Shown one piece after another: positions 26,091 through 34,645 of a stretch of 41,223 nt of DNA; the stretch's first letter is position 1, and each line of letters opens with the position of its first letter. Below the pieces are notes generated by a model. The model saw only the letters and a list, made by a program, of their open reading frames with translations. It searched no databases and was not told the DNA's origin. The DNA is from an uncultured Candidatus Saccharibacteria bacterium (GTDB lineage Bacteria > Patescibacteriota > Minisyncoccia > Phycocordibacterales > UBA9973), in the NCBI GenBank assembly GCA_964356875.1, contig CAYHIX010000001.1, positions 1 through 41,223 on the forward strand. The letters run 5' to 3'. Both the position numbers and the translations under genes were made by a program.

Positions 26091-27062
26091 ATGAATAAAG
26101 AAAATTTAAATGAAAATTTCATAAAGGGAGCAGAAGAGATCAGGAAAATCTCTATGACTCCCAACGAGAAGGCAAACATATTAGAGAATATTTTAAAAAC
26201 TTCTACTTGTGTACCTCTCCCACAGAAAAGTCCCTATGCAAGTAAGTTCTTTATTTCAATGTTTCAACATAAATTTATATACGCAGGGTCCATGCTTTGC
26301 CTTGTCTTTGTCTTAGGTGGTGGGGCTGTGTTTGCTTCAAATGAAAGCCTGCCAGGGAGTACACTGTATCCATTTAAAGTAAAAATAGTTGAGCCTATAT
26401 ATGGATCTCTGATGTTTTCAGATGAACAAAAAATAAAATATGAAAATACTTTAATAAAAAAACGCTTCACAGAAGCTGGGGTTTTAGCTGTAAATAATAA
26501 CTTAGATGAAGGTAAGGCGGAACAGATAAATACTCTTTTATATAATCACACACAAGCATTTATCAAAGTAGCGGACTCGTCTAATAAAAATGGCAAAATC
26601 GACGATGATTCGTACGATGATTTGGTAGTGAGTTTTCAAGCAGAGCTAAACGCACGAGCTAAAGTATTAGATTTATTGAGTGGAAAAACAGAACTTTCTC
26701 AATCAAATGAGCATGCTAAAATTTCAGAAAAAGCTCGAGATAATGCAAAAAAGATTAGAGAAGATTTAAAAAATAAAGAAAAGAAAGATCGCATAAATAG
26801 CAAGAAGACTAAGGCAAGTGTCCAGTTGCTTATAGACAAAACTCTAACAGATCTCGATAGTGCTGATGCAAACTCATCTCCAGAGAAGCAGAAGATTATT
26901 ATAGACAGTAAAGAAGCTCTCGAAAATGCTCGTAAGTTCTTAAAAGAGGTGGACACAGAAGATGAAAAAGGAAATTTAGAAGATGCACATGAAAGACTTC
27001 TCGACTCTGAAAGTGCAGCAAAAGAAGCAGGGATATTGTTTAATCTTGGCCTGAGCTTATAA
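26091..27062 (+). CDS. Single-pass membrane protein downstream of the ECF sigma (candidate anti-sigma factor, DUF5667-like ectodomain)
   Basis: 323 aa with a short cytoplasmic N-terminus and a TM at about aa 60-80. PGSTLYPFKVKIVEP and the long helical ectodomain resemble DUF5667. Starts 6 nt after the sigma gene. Confidence 0.6.
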   Translation: MNKENLNENFIKGAEEIRKISMTPNEKANILENILKTSTCVPLPQKSPYASKFFISMFQHKFIYAGSMLCLVFVLGGGAVFASNESLPGSTLYPFKVKIVEPIYGSLMFSDEQKIKYENTLIKKRFTEAGVLAVNNNLDEGKAEQINTLLYNHTQAFIKVADSSNKNGKIDDDSYDDLVVSFQAELNARAKVLDLLSGKTELSQSNEHAKISEKARDNAKKIREDLKNKEKKDRINSKKTKASVQLLIDKTLTDLDSADANSSPEKQKIIIDSKEALENARKFLKEVDTEDEKGNLEDAHERLLDSESAAKEAGILFNLGLSL

Positions 27063-27123
27063 GAAACGTTTCAAAAATCTTACTTAGTCGAAGATTAATG
27101 AATATTAATTTAATAAAATATAT

Positions 27124-28137
27124 ATGCAATCTATAATAAACTTAATGAAAAATAGTAAAGTAATACCATTCGTCTTGTTTTTAGTATTGGTGGGGTTTAT
27201 AGCTATCCTGTCTTTTAGGAATACAGACAACCCGATTGCAAACATCATAGATACATCTGTAGAAGGTGAATTTTTGGGATGTTATGTATCTAAACTAGCC
27301 AAAGATACATATGTCATTAAACTTGAGAATGTAAGTGATGGCAAAGTTTCTGGAATGCTTGCGTTTAATAATTTTGAGAAAGATAGCTCATCTGGAACAT
27401 TTGAAGGCACGTACACAGACGGCATTTTGCTTGGGGAGTATGTATTTAACTCTGAAGGAATGGAGTCAAACAGGCAGGTGATATTTAAGAACGAAGGGGA
27501 TAGTTTTATCCAAGGTTTTGGTGAAGTAAAGTCCGAAGGGGATAAAGAGGTTTTCGTTGATCTAAATAATATTACTTATGAGCCAAGCTTAAACTTTATT
27601 AAGAATGAAACATGTTTAGAATATTTTAGTGATTCATATAATTCTATTACTTTTTATCATGACCCTATTTTCCATGTTTCCAGGTCTACTCTGACCCCTA
27701 CTATTGACTGGAAATTAAATGCAAAACAAACAGGTGTACTCATTGCTCGCCTTTCTATACCAAAGGCATTTTTACCAGATACAAATTTCTCAAATGCTTA
27801 TCTGACAGTAGGTAGGTCCTCTGATGTAAATCAGATAAAGAATTGCCTAGTTGCTGATAAAAATATTAATGAAAAAAGTGCAGGCATCGTCTCCATAGAT
27901 GGTAATGATTTTACTAAATTTACTTTTAACGATGCTGGTGCTGGTAATTTCTCTGAGACTACGAGCTATCGAGGTATTCATGATGGTGAATGTTATGTCA
28001 TAGAGCACACGATCCGTTCTACAAATATTGACAATTATTCGGCAGATCAAGGCATAAAAGAATTCGACAAGACCATAGTTCAAAAAGAGCTTGAAAATAT
28101 AATCAAGAGTATGGTATTACTAGTAAACGGGGATTAA
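27124..28137 (+). CDS. Membrane-anchored hypothetical protein
   Basis: 337 aa with an N-terminal TM and a two-domain ectodomain. Confidence 0.55.
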   Translation: MQSIINLMKNSKVIPFVLFLVLVGFIAILSFRNTDNPIANIIDTSVEGEFLGCYVSKLAKDTYVIKLENVSDGKVSGMLAFNNFEKDSSSGTFEGTYTDGILLGEYVFNSEGMESNRQVIFKNEGDSFIQGFGEVKSEGDKEVFVDLNNITYEPSLNFIKNETCLEYFSDSYNSITFYHDPIFHVSRSTLTPTIDWKLNAKQTGVLIARLSIPKAFLPDTNFSNAYLTVGRSSDVNQIKNCLVADKNINEKSAGIVSIDGNDFTKFTFNDAGAGNFSETTSYRGIHDGECYVIEHTIRSTNIDNYSADQGIKEFDKTIVQKELENIIKSMVLLVNGD

Positions 28138-28162
28138 TTATTAATTTATCGAAAAATTTATT

Positions 28163-28519
28163 ATGAAAACTTCATTAGAAAGTACCTTAGGGCACCGAAA
28201 AGATAACAATAAACTAGACCAGATAGTTGCTAACCAAGTTCGCAAGATCTTTGATTTAGTTGATGCAATGTTGTCTAATCAAAAAAGTGATATAGACAGA
28301 GAGAAGGACCCAATAAAAAAAAGAAATCTTAAAGTTCAATTAGAAAAAATAAGGGAAGAAAAAACAAACCAAATATTAGAAGTGGCGCTTAGTTTGGTCC
28401 ATCAAATACAACAGTCAAAAGATTCTAATGTGAGTGAAGAAGAATTGATAGATAGAATAAAAGAAGCACTTATCGATTACCAAAAATCAATTGTTGAAAA
28501 TATGGAAAAGGGGCTATAG
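28163..28519 (+). CDS. Hypothetical coiled-coil protein
   Basis: 118-aa charged helical ORF. Confidence 0.45.
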   Translation: MKTSLESTLGHRKDNNKLDQIVANQVRKIFDLVDAMLSNQKSDIDREKDPIKKRNLKVQLEKIREEKTNQILEVALSLVHQIQQSKDSNVSEEELIDRIKEALIDYQKSIVENMEKGL

Positions 28520-28601
28520 GTTTGTGCAAGGATTTAGTGAGGTAAAATTAGAAGATGATACTGATATTTGATTTATTTTCCCTTTATTTTATAATAGAAA
28601 T

Positions 28602-29352
28602 ATGGAAAATAATACCTTTCAAAAAATTGAAAAAAAGGTGGGCTCAGAATATCAGTATTTTAAGCGAGAAGATGTTCGAGAGGGTATTTATGAATTTAGT
28701 TCCGGACTTGCTAAGTATCTCCATGATCAAAATATTCCCAATGTTATATTTTTAGATCGGTCACCTAGACCACTATGGGTAGGATTAGATGAGTATTGGA
28801 AATTGAATTATAAAAAAGAAAAACCACGACCAAATATATATTTCGTTAATCCTGACGCGTTTGATGTTGTAGAAAGGGCCACAAGCGAAGAAACAGAAGA
28901 TTCACTTATAGCCGATAAAATCTTCTTTTCTTTAACTGGAGAATCTAGGATTCTAGAGAAAGCAAAGAAATTAGATCAAGAAACCAGGGATCTTTTTACG
29001 GAGTCATATTTTAATTTACGAAAGGATAAAGATAAAACTATAGCTGTTTTTGATAACTGTATTCATTCTGGTAAAACCATAGAACCTTTTTTTGTCTTCC
29101 TTGGACAGAGAAGGTTTTGAGGATATAAGAGTAGTTATTGGTGATGCATATTTTGATAGATCTCCTATAAGAATAGATGCACATTTTACTCCGAAGGTAG
29201 AAGTAATTGCATGTGGACTGTTTGGTAAGGATCCGGGGGTTGAGAAAGATGAAAATGGGATTTTTTCAAGTTATGACAAAGAAGCTGACAGGGAAAAGGT
29301 AGTTAAAAGTAGAGAAGAAATACGAAGGATTATTAAAGAAAGAAATTTGTAA
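28602..29352 (+). pseudogene. Phosphoribosyltransferase-like gene split by a +1 shift at a T7 run (29087..29093)
   Basis: ORFs 28602..29120 and 29092..29352 overlap in adjacent frames. Removing one T gives a continuous 249-aa ORF (...KTIEPFLSSLDREGFEDIRVVIGDAYFD...). IAVFDNCIHSGKT resembles the PRPP-binding loop. TATAAT at 28590..28595 lies 6 nt before the ATG. Confidence 0.55.
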
Positions 29353-29391
29353 AATGTTAGGTTTTTTATTAAAAAGTAGTAAAATATAATT

Positions 29392-29562
29392 ATGGAAAAG
29401 ATTATTATAAATCAAGACACATTTGGGGTCTTGTGGGCTATCGGTTGGTTGTTTACTATTGGTTTTCTTAGGCTCTCTTTCTGGAGAGGAGTATTAGCTC
29501 TCATCGTCTGGCCATACTTTATGGGTAAAAAATTCAGTAAAGAACCAGAAGTAAAGGCTTAG
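29392..29562 (+). CDS. 56-aa membrane micro-protein (not in the ORF track), paralog of 23456..23617
   Basis: MEKIIINQDTFGVLWAIGWLFTIGFLRLSFWRGVLALIVWPYFMGKKFSKEPEVKA. TAAAAT at 29380..29385 lies 6 nt upstream of the ATG. Confidence 0.65.
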   Translation: MEKIIINQDTFGVLWAIGWLFTIGFLRLSFWRGVLALIVWPYFMGKKFSKEPEVKA

Positions 29563-29619
29563 CTCAAGCTTTGTTTTTATGATATATTAGTATTCACTAC
29601 AGCATAGTGGAGTGTTTGT

Positions 29620-31374
29620 TTGTTTTTCTTTATGAAAATATTTTATCATTATTTACGAAAATATTGGAAACTCTGCGCAGTCACATTAGTACTCGCGACT
29701 ATAAACCAAGTTTTTTCTCTTTTAGATCCTTATATTTTTAGACATGTGATAGATAGCTACGCAAGCAAGCCAGACCTATATACTAAGGCAGAGTTTTTCC
29801 GGGGCGTGGGGCTACTACTTTTAGCTATCATCGGCACAGCATTTGTATCTAGGGTAGCGAAAAATTTTCAAGATTATTTCTTGAATGGCATTAGTCAGAG
29901 AGTCGGGGCAGACTTGTATCGTGACGGAGTCGCGCACTCACTTGCTTTGCCATACAGTATTTTTGAAGACGAAAGAAGTGGGGAGACATTAGGTAAACTT
30001 CAAAAAGTTAGAAGCGACACTGAAAAGCTTATAGCTGCACTGGTGAATGTACTCTTCGTGTCTTTGATCGGATTTATATTTGTGGCTATCTATGCGACCA
30101 GTATTTACTGGGGTGTAGCTGTCGCATTTTTTGGCACCATACCAGTCATCACCGGGATGAGTTTACTCCTATCAAAAAAGATTAAAGATATCCAAGCAGT
30201 CATAGTAAAAGAGACTACAGCCCTAGCTGGGTCGACCACAGAGTCACTGCGCAATATCGAACTCGTGAAATCTCTCGGGCTTTCTGATCAGGAAGTAGGC
30301 AGACTAAATACAACCACAGAAAAAATATTACAACTAGAGTTAAAGAAACTCCGCTATCTGCGTTCTCTGTCTTTCATCCAAGGTACAGTGATAAATTTCA
30401 TACGCACTAGTTTACTTTTCTTTTTACTATATCTGATATTTACTCACACTATTTCTTTTGGTGAATTTTTCTCATTATTTATTTATTCATTCTTTATTTT
30501 CAATCCACTGCAAGAAATAGGGGCAACTATAGCTACTTATCGTGAAGCAGAAGCCTCTCTCGCAAATTTCCAAAAGCTCATGGAAACTCCAGTTGAAAAA
30601 GTAGTCGACCACCCTACCCAAATAGGAGCTATCGAGAAATTGTCTTTCAGAGATGTTTCGTTTAGATACTCATCAAGCGAACAAGATGCATTGTTTAATA
30701 TTTCCTATACCACTAGCTTAGGCAAGACTATCGCCTTCGTAGGGCCATCTGGTTCAGGGAAAACTTCGCTTGTAAAATTACTAGTGGGCTTGTACATACC
30801 TACCAAAGGTGACATATCGTATAACAATATTTCCTTTGAAGATATTAATAAAGAAGATTTGAGAAAACAAATAGGATTTGTCACCCAAGATACCCAGCTA
30901 TTTGCTGGTACAATACGAGACAATCTACTCTTCGTAAAGCCGGATGCTACGGACACTGACTGCTTGGATGCTTTAAACAAAGCACAATGCCAAAACCTAC
31001 TCGAGAGAGGTGGTAAAGGACTCGACACTTTGATAGGAGAAGGCGGAGTAAAGGTTTCAGGAGGTGAAAGACAAAGGCTATCTATCGCCAGAGCTCTTTT
31101 GCGAAATCCTAACATTCTCATTTTCGATGAAGCGACTTCTTCTCTAGACTCTCTAACTGAAGAAGAGATAACCAAGACCATAAGAGATGTGTCTACTAGC
31201 GGATCTCGCATCACTATACTCATAGCTCACAGACTTTCTACTGTGATGCATGCTGACACTATTTTTGTACTTGAAAAAGGCATCATAGTAGAATCAGGTT
31301 CTCACTCTGATCTTTTGTCAAAGCAAGGTCTGTATGGAGCGATGTGGAGACAACAAATAGGCGAGAGAATTTAG
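29620..31374 (+). CDS. ABC exporter, fused permease/ATPase (MsbA/MdlB-like half-transporter)
   Basis: 6-TM domain plus an NBD with Walker A GPSGSGKTS, signature VSGGERQRLSIARA and Walker B ILIFDEATSSLD. ATG 29632 (MKIFYHYL) is the likelier start. Confidence 0.92.
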   Translation: MFFFMKIFYHYLRKYWKLCAVTLVLATINQVFSLLDPYIFRHVIDSYASKPDLYTKAEFFRGVGLLLLAIIGTAFVSRVAKNFQDYFLNGISQRVGADLYRDGVAHSLALPYSIFEDERSGETLGKLQKVRSDTEKLIAALVNVLFVSLIGFIFVAIYATSIYWGVAVAFFGTIPVITGMSLLLSKKIKDIQAVIVKETTALAGSTTESLRNIELVKSLGLSDQEVGRLNTTTEKILQLELKKLRYLRSLSFIQGTVINFIRTSLLFFLLYLIFTHTISFGEFFSLFIYSFFIFNPLQEIGATIATYREAEASLANFQKLMETPVEKVVDHPTQIGAIEKLSFRDVSFRYSSSEQDALFNISYTTSLGKTIAFVGPSGSGKTSLVKLLVGLYIPTKGDISYNNISFEDINKEDLRKQIGFVTQDTQLFAGTIRDNLLFVKPDATDTDCLDALNKAQCQNLLERGGKGLDTLIGEGGVKVSGGERQRLSIARALLRNPNILIFDEATSSLDSLTEEEITKTIRDVSTSGSRITILIAHRLSTVMHADTIFVLEKGIIVESGSHSDLLSKQGLYGAMWRQQIGERI

Positions 31375-31415
31375 TATATTTTCGATAATGATGTATTATA
31401 GATGTACATCTTATT

Positions 31416-32600
31416 TTGGAAATGAAAGAAAAAACAACAACAGCACTTAAGAATATATTTATATTTAGCCCATTTGGGTTTTTTATGACTTTTTTTGTTT
31501 TACTGCTTGTGTTATTCCTGGTGTATCCGACTATTTTTGATAGTGGAGAGGGAGAACCTAAAACTGCCGAGCAGAATACTCTACAAAAAATCATAGAAAA
31601 TAATCTTTTTAATGATAATGAATACGAACTCATCCCGCTTGATACAGTAGCTTATGATAAAAAGCTTTTAGAGCTAGCGAATAATCCACCACCACCTCCT
31701 CCAACTACTAAAAGAACTACAGACCCAAAAACAGGTGAAGTGACCACAACTACCATAGAACCAAAACCAGTAAAGCCAAATATTTGGCCAGCAAAAACTG
31801 TGTACCCAAACGCTGGAGCTATTTTGCCTTTTAATCGTATCATTGCTTACTACGGGAATCTGTATTCTAGGAAGATGGGAGTGCTAGGAGAATATGATGA
31901 AGAGATAATGTTTCAGAAACTACAAACTGAAGTGAAGAAATGGGAGGTTGCAGATCCAAAGACTCCCGTCATCCCGGCTCTACATTACATAGTTGTCGTG
32001 GCTCAAGGGAGTGCAGGTAAAGACGGCAAATACCGCGCTCGGATGCCAGATAAAGAGATAGATAAAGTCATAGCCATGGCTGAAAAAATAAACGCTATCG
32101 TATTTTTAGATATCCAGGTAGGACTTTCTAATCTCCAAGCAGAAGTCCCCGCATTTGAAAAATATTTAAAAATGCCTAGGGTACACCTCGGTATTGACCC
32201 AGAGTTCTCCATGAAGACCGGAGTAAAGCCTGGGAAGGTAGTCGGCACACTCGACGCCGAAGATATAAATTTTACTATCAACTACTTAGATAAAATTGTC
32301 AAAGAAAATAATTTACCCCCGAAAGTCTTAATAGTTCATCGTTATACAAAGAAGATGATAACAAATTATAAACAGATAAAGCCTACCGCCGATGTGCAAG
32401 TAGTTATCCATATGGATGGCTGGGGTGGAGGTGCAAAGAAGATAGGAACATATAAGAACTTTATTTATCCTGAGCCTGTACAGTTTACTGGGTTTAAACT
32501 TTTCTATAAAAATGACCTATGGGGCGAGGGCGACAAGATGCTGACCCCAGAAGAACTACTAAAACTCAATCCAATACCTAGCTATATCCAATATCAGTAA
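31416..32600 (+). CDS. Membrane-anchored hypothetical protein with a Pro/Thr linker
   Basis: 394 aa with a TM, an NNPPPPPPTTKRTTDP linker and a roughly 270-aa globular domain (HLGIDPEF, IHMDGWGG) of unrecognised family. ATG 31422 is an alternative start. Confidence 0.6.
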   Translation: MEMKEKTTTALKNIFIFSPFGFFMTFFVLLLVLFLVYPTIFDSGEGEPKTAEQNTLQKIIENNLFNDNEYELIPLDTVAYDKKLLELANNPPPPPPTTKRTTDPKTGEVTTTTIEPKPVKPNIWPAKTVYPNAGAILPFNRIIAYYGNLYSRKMGVLGEYDEEIMFQKLQTEVKKWEVADPKTPVIPALHYIVVVAQGSAGKDGKYRARMPDKEIDKVIAMAEKINAIVFLDIQVGLSNLQAEVPAFEKYLKMPRVHLGIDPEFSMKTGVKPGKVVGTLDAEDINFTINYLDKIVKENNLPPKVLIVHRYTKKMITNYKQIKPTADVQVVIHMDGWGGGAKKIGTYKNFIYPEPVQFTGFKLFYKNDLWGEGDKMLTPEELLKLNPIPSYIQYQ

Positions 32601-32658
32601 AATTTTATTTTGTGATATAATCATTAAGTTATTAACTTTTAAATAAATTTAAAATAAT

Positions 32659-33144
32659 ATGAAAAATACATACATCGTAGGGTTAGTTTTAGTGATTATA
32701 GTGGCTGTGGCTCTTTTTATGTTTAGCAAAAAACAAACCGAAGCTCCGATTATAAATACTGAGTATGAAAACGTTGCGCCAGAAAATATAGAGGCAGTTA
32801 CCACAGAGGGTACTACCACTACAGACTCATCAAACATCACTACTTCTGTAGAAGTGAATGCTGCGGGGGTAAAAGAGTTTACCGTAACAGGAGACAATTT
32901 TTCTTTTAGTCCTTCACTTATCACAGTTAAAAAAGGGGACAAGGTGAAAATAACTTTTAAAAATTCTGAAGGATTTCATGACTTCGTTGTAGACGAATTT
33001 GGTGCGGCTACTAAACAAACTAAGGCTCCTACTACTGAAGTTATAGAATTCACTGCGGACAAAGTAGGTAGCTTTGAATACTACTGTTCTGTGGGTTCTC
33101 ATAGAGCTATGGGTATGAAAGGTATCTTGAAGGTTGAAGCATAA
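32659..33144 (+). CDS. Membrane-anchored cupredoxin (blue copper protein)
   Basis: 161 aa with an N-terminal TM. Type-1 Cu ligand pattern: H in EGFHDF, then YYCSVGSHRAMGMKG (C, H, M). Confidence 0.85.
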   Translation: MKNTYIVGLVLVIIVAVALFMFSKKQTEAPIINTEYENVAPENIEAVTTEGTTTTDSSNITTSVEVNAAGVKEFTVTGDNFSFSPSLITVKKGDKVKITFKNSEGFHDFVVDEFGAATKQTKAPTTEVIEFTADKVGSFEYYCSVGSHRAMGMKGILKVEA

Positions 33145-33146
33145 AA

Positions 33147-33539
33147 ATGGAAAACATCGAGGAACAAAAAAAAGAACAGAAAGCTTGGCGGAAAGTAAAA
33201 AATAAACAGAAATTTGAGAATGCTTTTAGGGGACTTTATATCTTTTGGGTAAGCACAAAAAATCTACGGATACATATACCGGTGGCTTTACTAGTGGTGT
33301 TTTTTGGATATTATTTTTGTGTTTCCAGCTTTGAATGGATCGCACTTGTATTTGCGATCGGCTTTGTGTTCGTAGCTGAAGCTATAAATACAGCGATAGA
33401 GATAGATATAGATCTGACTTCTCCAGAGTATCACCCATATGCAAGAGATACTAAAGATGTCGCAGCCGGGGCAGTGCTCCTCGCCACCTTTACCTCAGTC
33501 ATCATAGGGATGATAATATTCTTGCCAAAAATTCTATAA
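33147..33539 (+). CDS. dgkA: Diacylglycerol / undecaprenol kinase (DgkA family)
   Basis: 130 aa with 3 TM segments, FRGLYIF, AEAINTAIE and KDVAAGAVLL. Confidence 0.85.
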   Translation: MENIEEQKKEQKAWRKVKNKQKFENAFRGLYIFWVSTKNLRIHIPVALLVVFFGYYFCVSSFEWIALVFAIGFVFVAEAINTAIEIDIDLTSPEYHPYARDTKDVAAGAVLLATFTSVIIGMIIFLPKIL

Positions 33540-33658
33540 TGTGACATAATATGAATAGAAAATCGTGGGAATTCACCTGCGTACTGATGCCCGGCATTCC
33601 GGACTATACCCAAAAACACATGGGTGAATTTTGTTATTTATAGAGGAGACAAGAAAAG

Positions 33659-34060
33659 ATGTTTACAACTTTTGAATTGAGCAGATTGTTTCCTGGGGGT
33701 GTTTATCGAAACGGCATTACCCAGATTATGATAGATAGGTTTATCAGTGCTAATTACAGCACCGAAAAAGACGGCAATCAGTTGGCGCAAGATTTTGCTA
33801 AGAGTCCTGGTTGGACCGAGACGCAAATCGTCCAATTTTGCGCTGAAAATTTGGCTAAAATTTTGGAAAATGTAAAATACGCCACCTTTTTCAAAATTAC
33901 GCAAGAAAAAGTTGCGATTGTTTACATCGGCGAAGGAGGTCGTCTCGAGGTGTGCGTCACACCCCTGCCGGGCTATATGTTCTGGGCAGCAGTCTTTCTG
34001 GATTTGTTCGTTATTAACGAAAATCCAGAGCTCGAAGCTTCTGCTTCGAGCGGACACTAA
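33659..34060 (+). CDS. Hypothetical protein in a compositionally distinct insert
   Basis: 133-aa ORF preceded by GGAG 11 nt upstream. An antisense ORF of similar length exists (33638..34057). The plus strand is preferred because of the SD and the downstream terminator. Confidence 0.5.
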   Translation: MFTTFELSRLFPGGVYRNGITQIMIDRFISANYSTEKDGNQLAQDFAKSPGWTETQIVQFCAENLAKILENVKYATFFKITQEKVAIVYIGEGGRLEVCVTPLPGYMFWAAVFLDLFVINENPELEASASSGH

Positions 34061-34098
34061 TATTTTTTGCCTTAGAAAGTGGCAATTTTACTTTCTAG

Positions 34099-34130
34099 CC
34101 CACGTATACGATGTTATATGTGGGTTTTTT
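34099..34130 (+). terminator. Rho-independent terminator
   Basis: CCCACGTATA-CGATGT-TATATGTGGG followed by T6. Confidence 0.75.
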
Positions 34131-34165
34131 ATTTTATTTCATCAACTTGCCCTAATTTGTAGAAA

Positions 34166-34639
34166 TTGATAGAATTTGGGTATATGGATAACAACAATAA
34201 TGTAAAAATATTCTTAGCAGTTATAGGTATTTTGTTTTTAGGGGTTATAGCTACAGTATTACTTAGGTCTTCTGGCTCTGGGGTAGCTTCTCCAGGCAAG
34301 TATGATTCATTTGCTATGTGTTTGAAAGACAAAGGTGCAGTGTTTTACGGAGCTTTTTGGTGTCCACATTGTATAGCTACAAAGAAACTCTTTGGTTCTT
34401 CTCAGAAATTATTAAATTATGTAGAATGTTCTACTCCAGATGGTAATTCTCAAACTCAAGCATGTATAGACAAAGGAGTAAAGAGTTATCCTACTTGGGA
34501 GTTTGCCGATGGATCTCGTCTAACAGGGGAAATACCACTAGCACAACTCGGAGAAAAGACTTCTTGTGCATTACCAGATGCAAATCCTGAAGCAGCCGCA
34601 CCTGTCGAAGTTGGCGCAACTAGTGAAGTACAGCAATAA
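34166..34639 (+). CDS. Membrane-anchored thioredoxin-fold protein of the type normally fused to bacterial VKOR
   Basis: TM anchor, then FYGAFWCPHCIATKKLFG...YVECS...SYPTWEF. This closely parallels the Trx-like domain of cyanobacterial/actinobacterial VKOR homologs (YGAYWCPHCxxQKxLFG, YVEC, YPTW). Probable start at 34184. Confidence 0.85.
   Translation: MIEFGYMDNNNNVKIFLAVIGILFLGVIATVLLRSSGSGVASPGKYDSFAMCLKDKGAVFYGAFWCPHCIATKKLFGSSQKLLNYVECSTPDGNSQTQACIDKGVKSYPTWEFADGSRLTGEIPLAQLGEKTSCALPDANPEAAAPVEVGATSEVQQ
34167..34175 (+). promoter_or_regulatory. Extended -10 (TGaTAGAAT), 8 nt upstream of ATG 34184
   Basis: Read directly from the sequence. Suggests 34184 (MDNNNNVKIF) is the real start. 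Confidence 0.45.
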
Positions 34640-34645
34640 AATAAT

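Noticed and set aside
21174-29600. Considered a tRNA-Gln-adjacent genomic island or prophage remnant, given the run of hypotheticals.
   Set aside because: No integrase, recombinase or phage structural gene is present, and no direct repeat of the tRNA 3' end was seen downstream. The composition does not look different by eye.
31686-31703. CCA/CCT repeat run.
   Set aside because: It encodes the PPPPPP linker inside the 31416..32600 CDS. It is low-complexity coding sequence, not a regulatory or CRISPR-like repeat.
33638-34057. 139-aa minus-strand ORF mirroring 33659..34060.
   Set aside because: The plus-strand ORF has a GGAG SD and a downstream rho-independent terminator, while the minus ORF has neither. 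This remains uncertain and is flagged in the findings.
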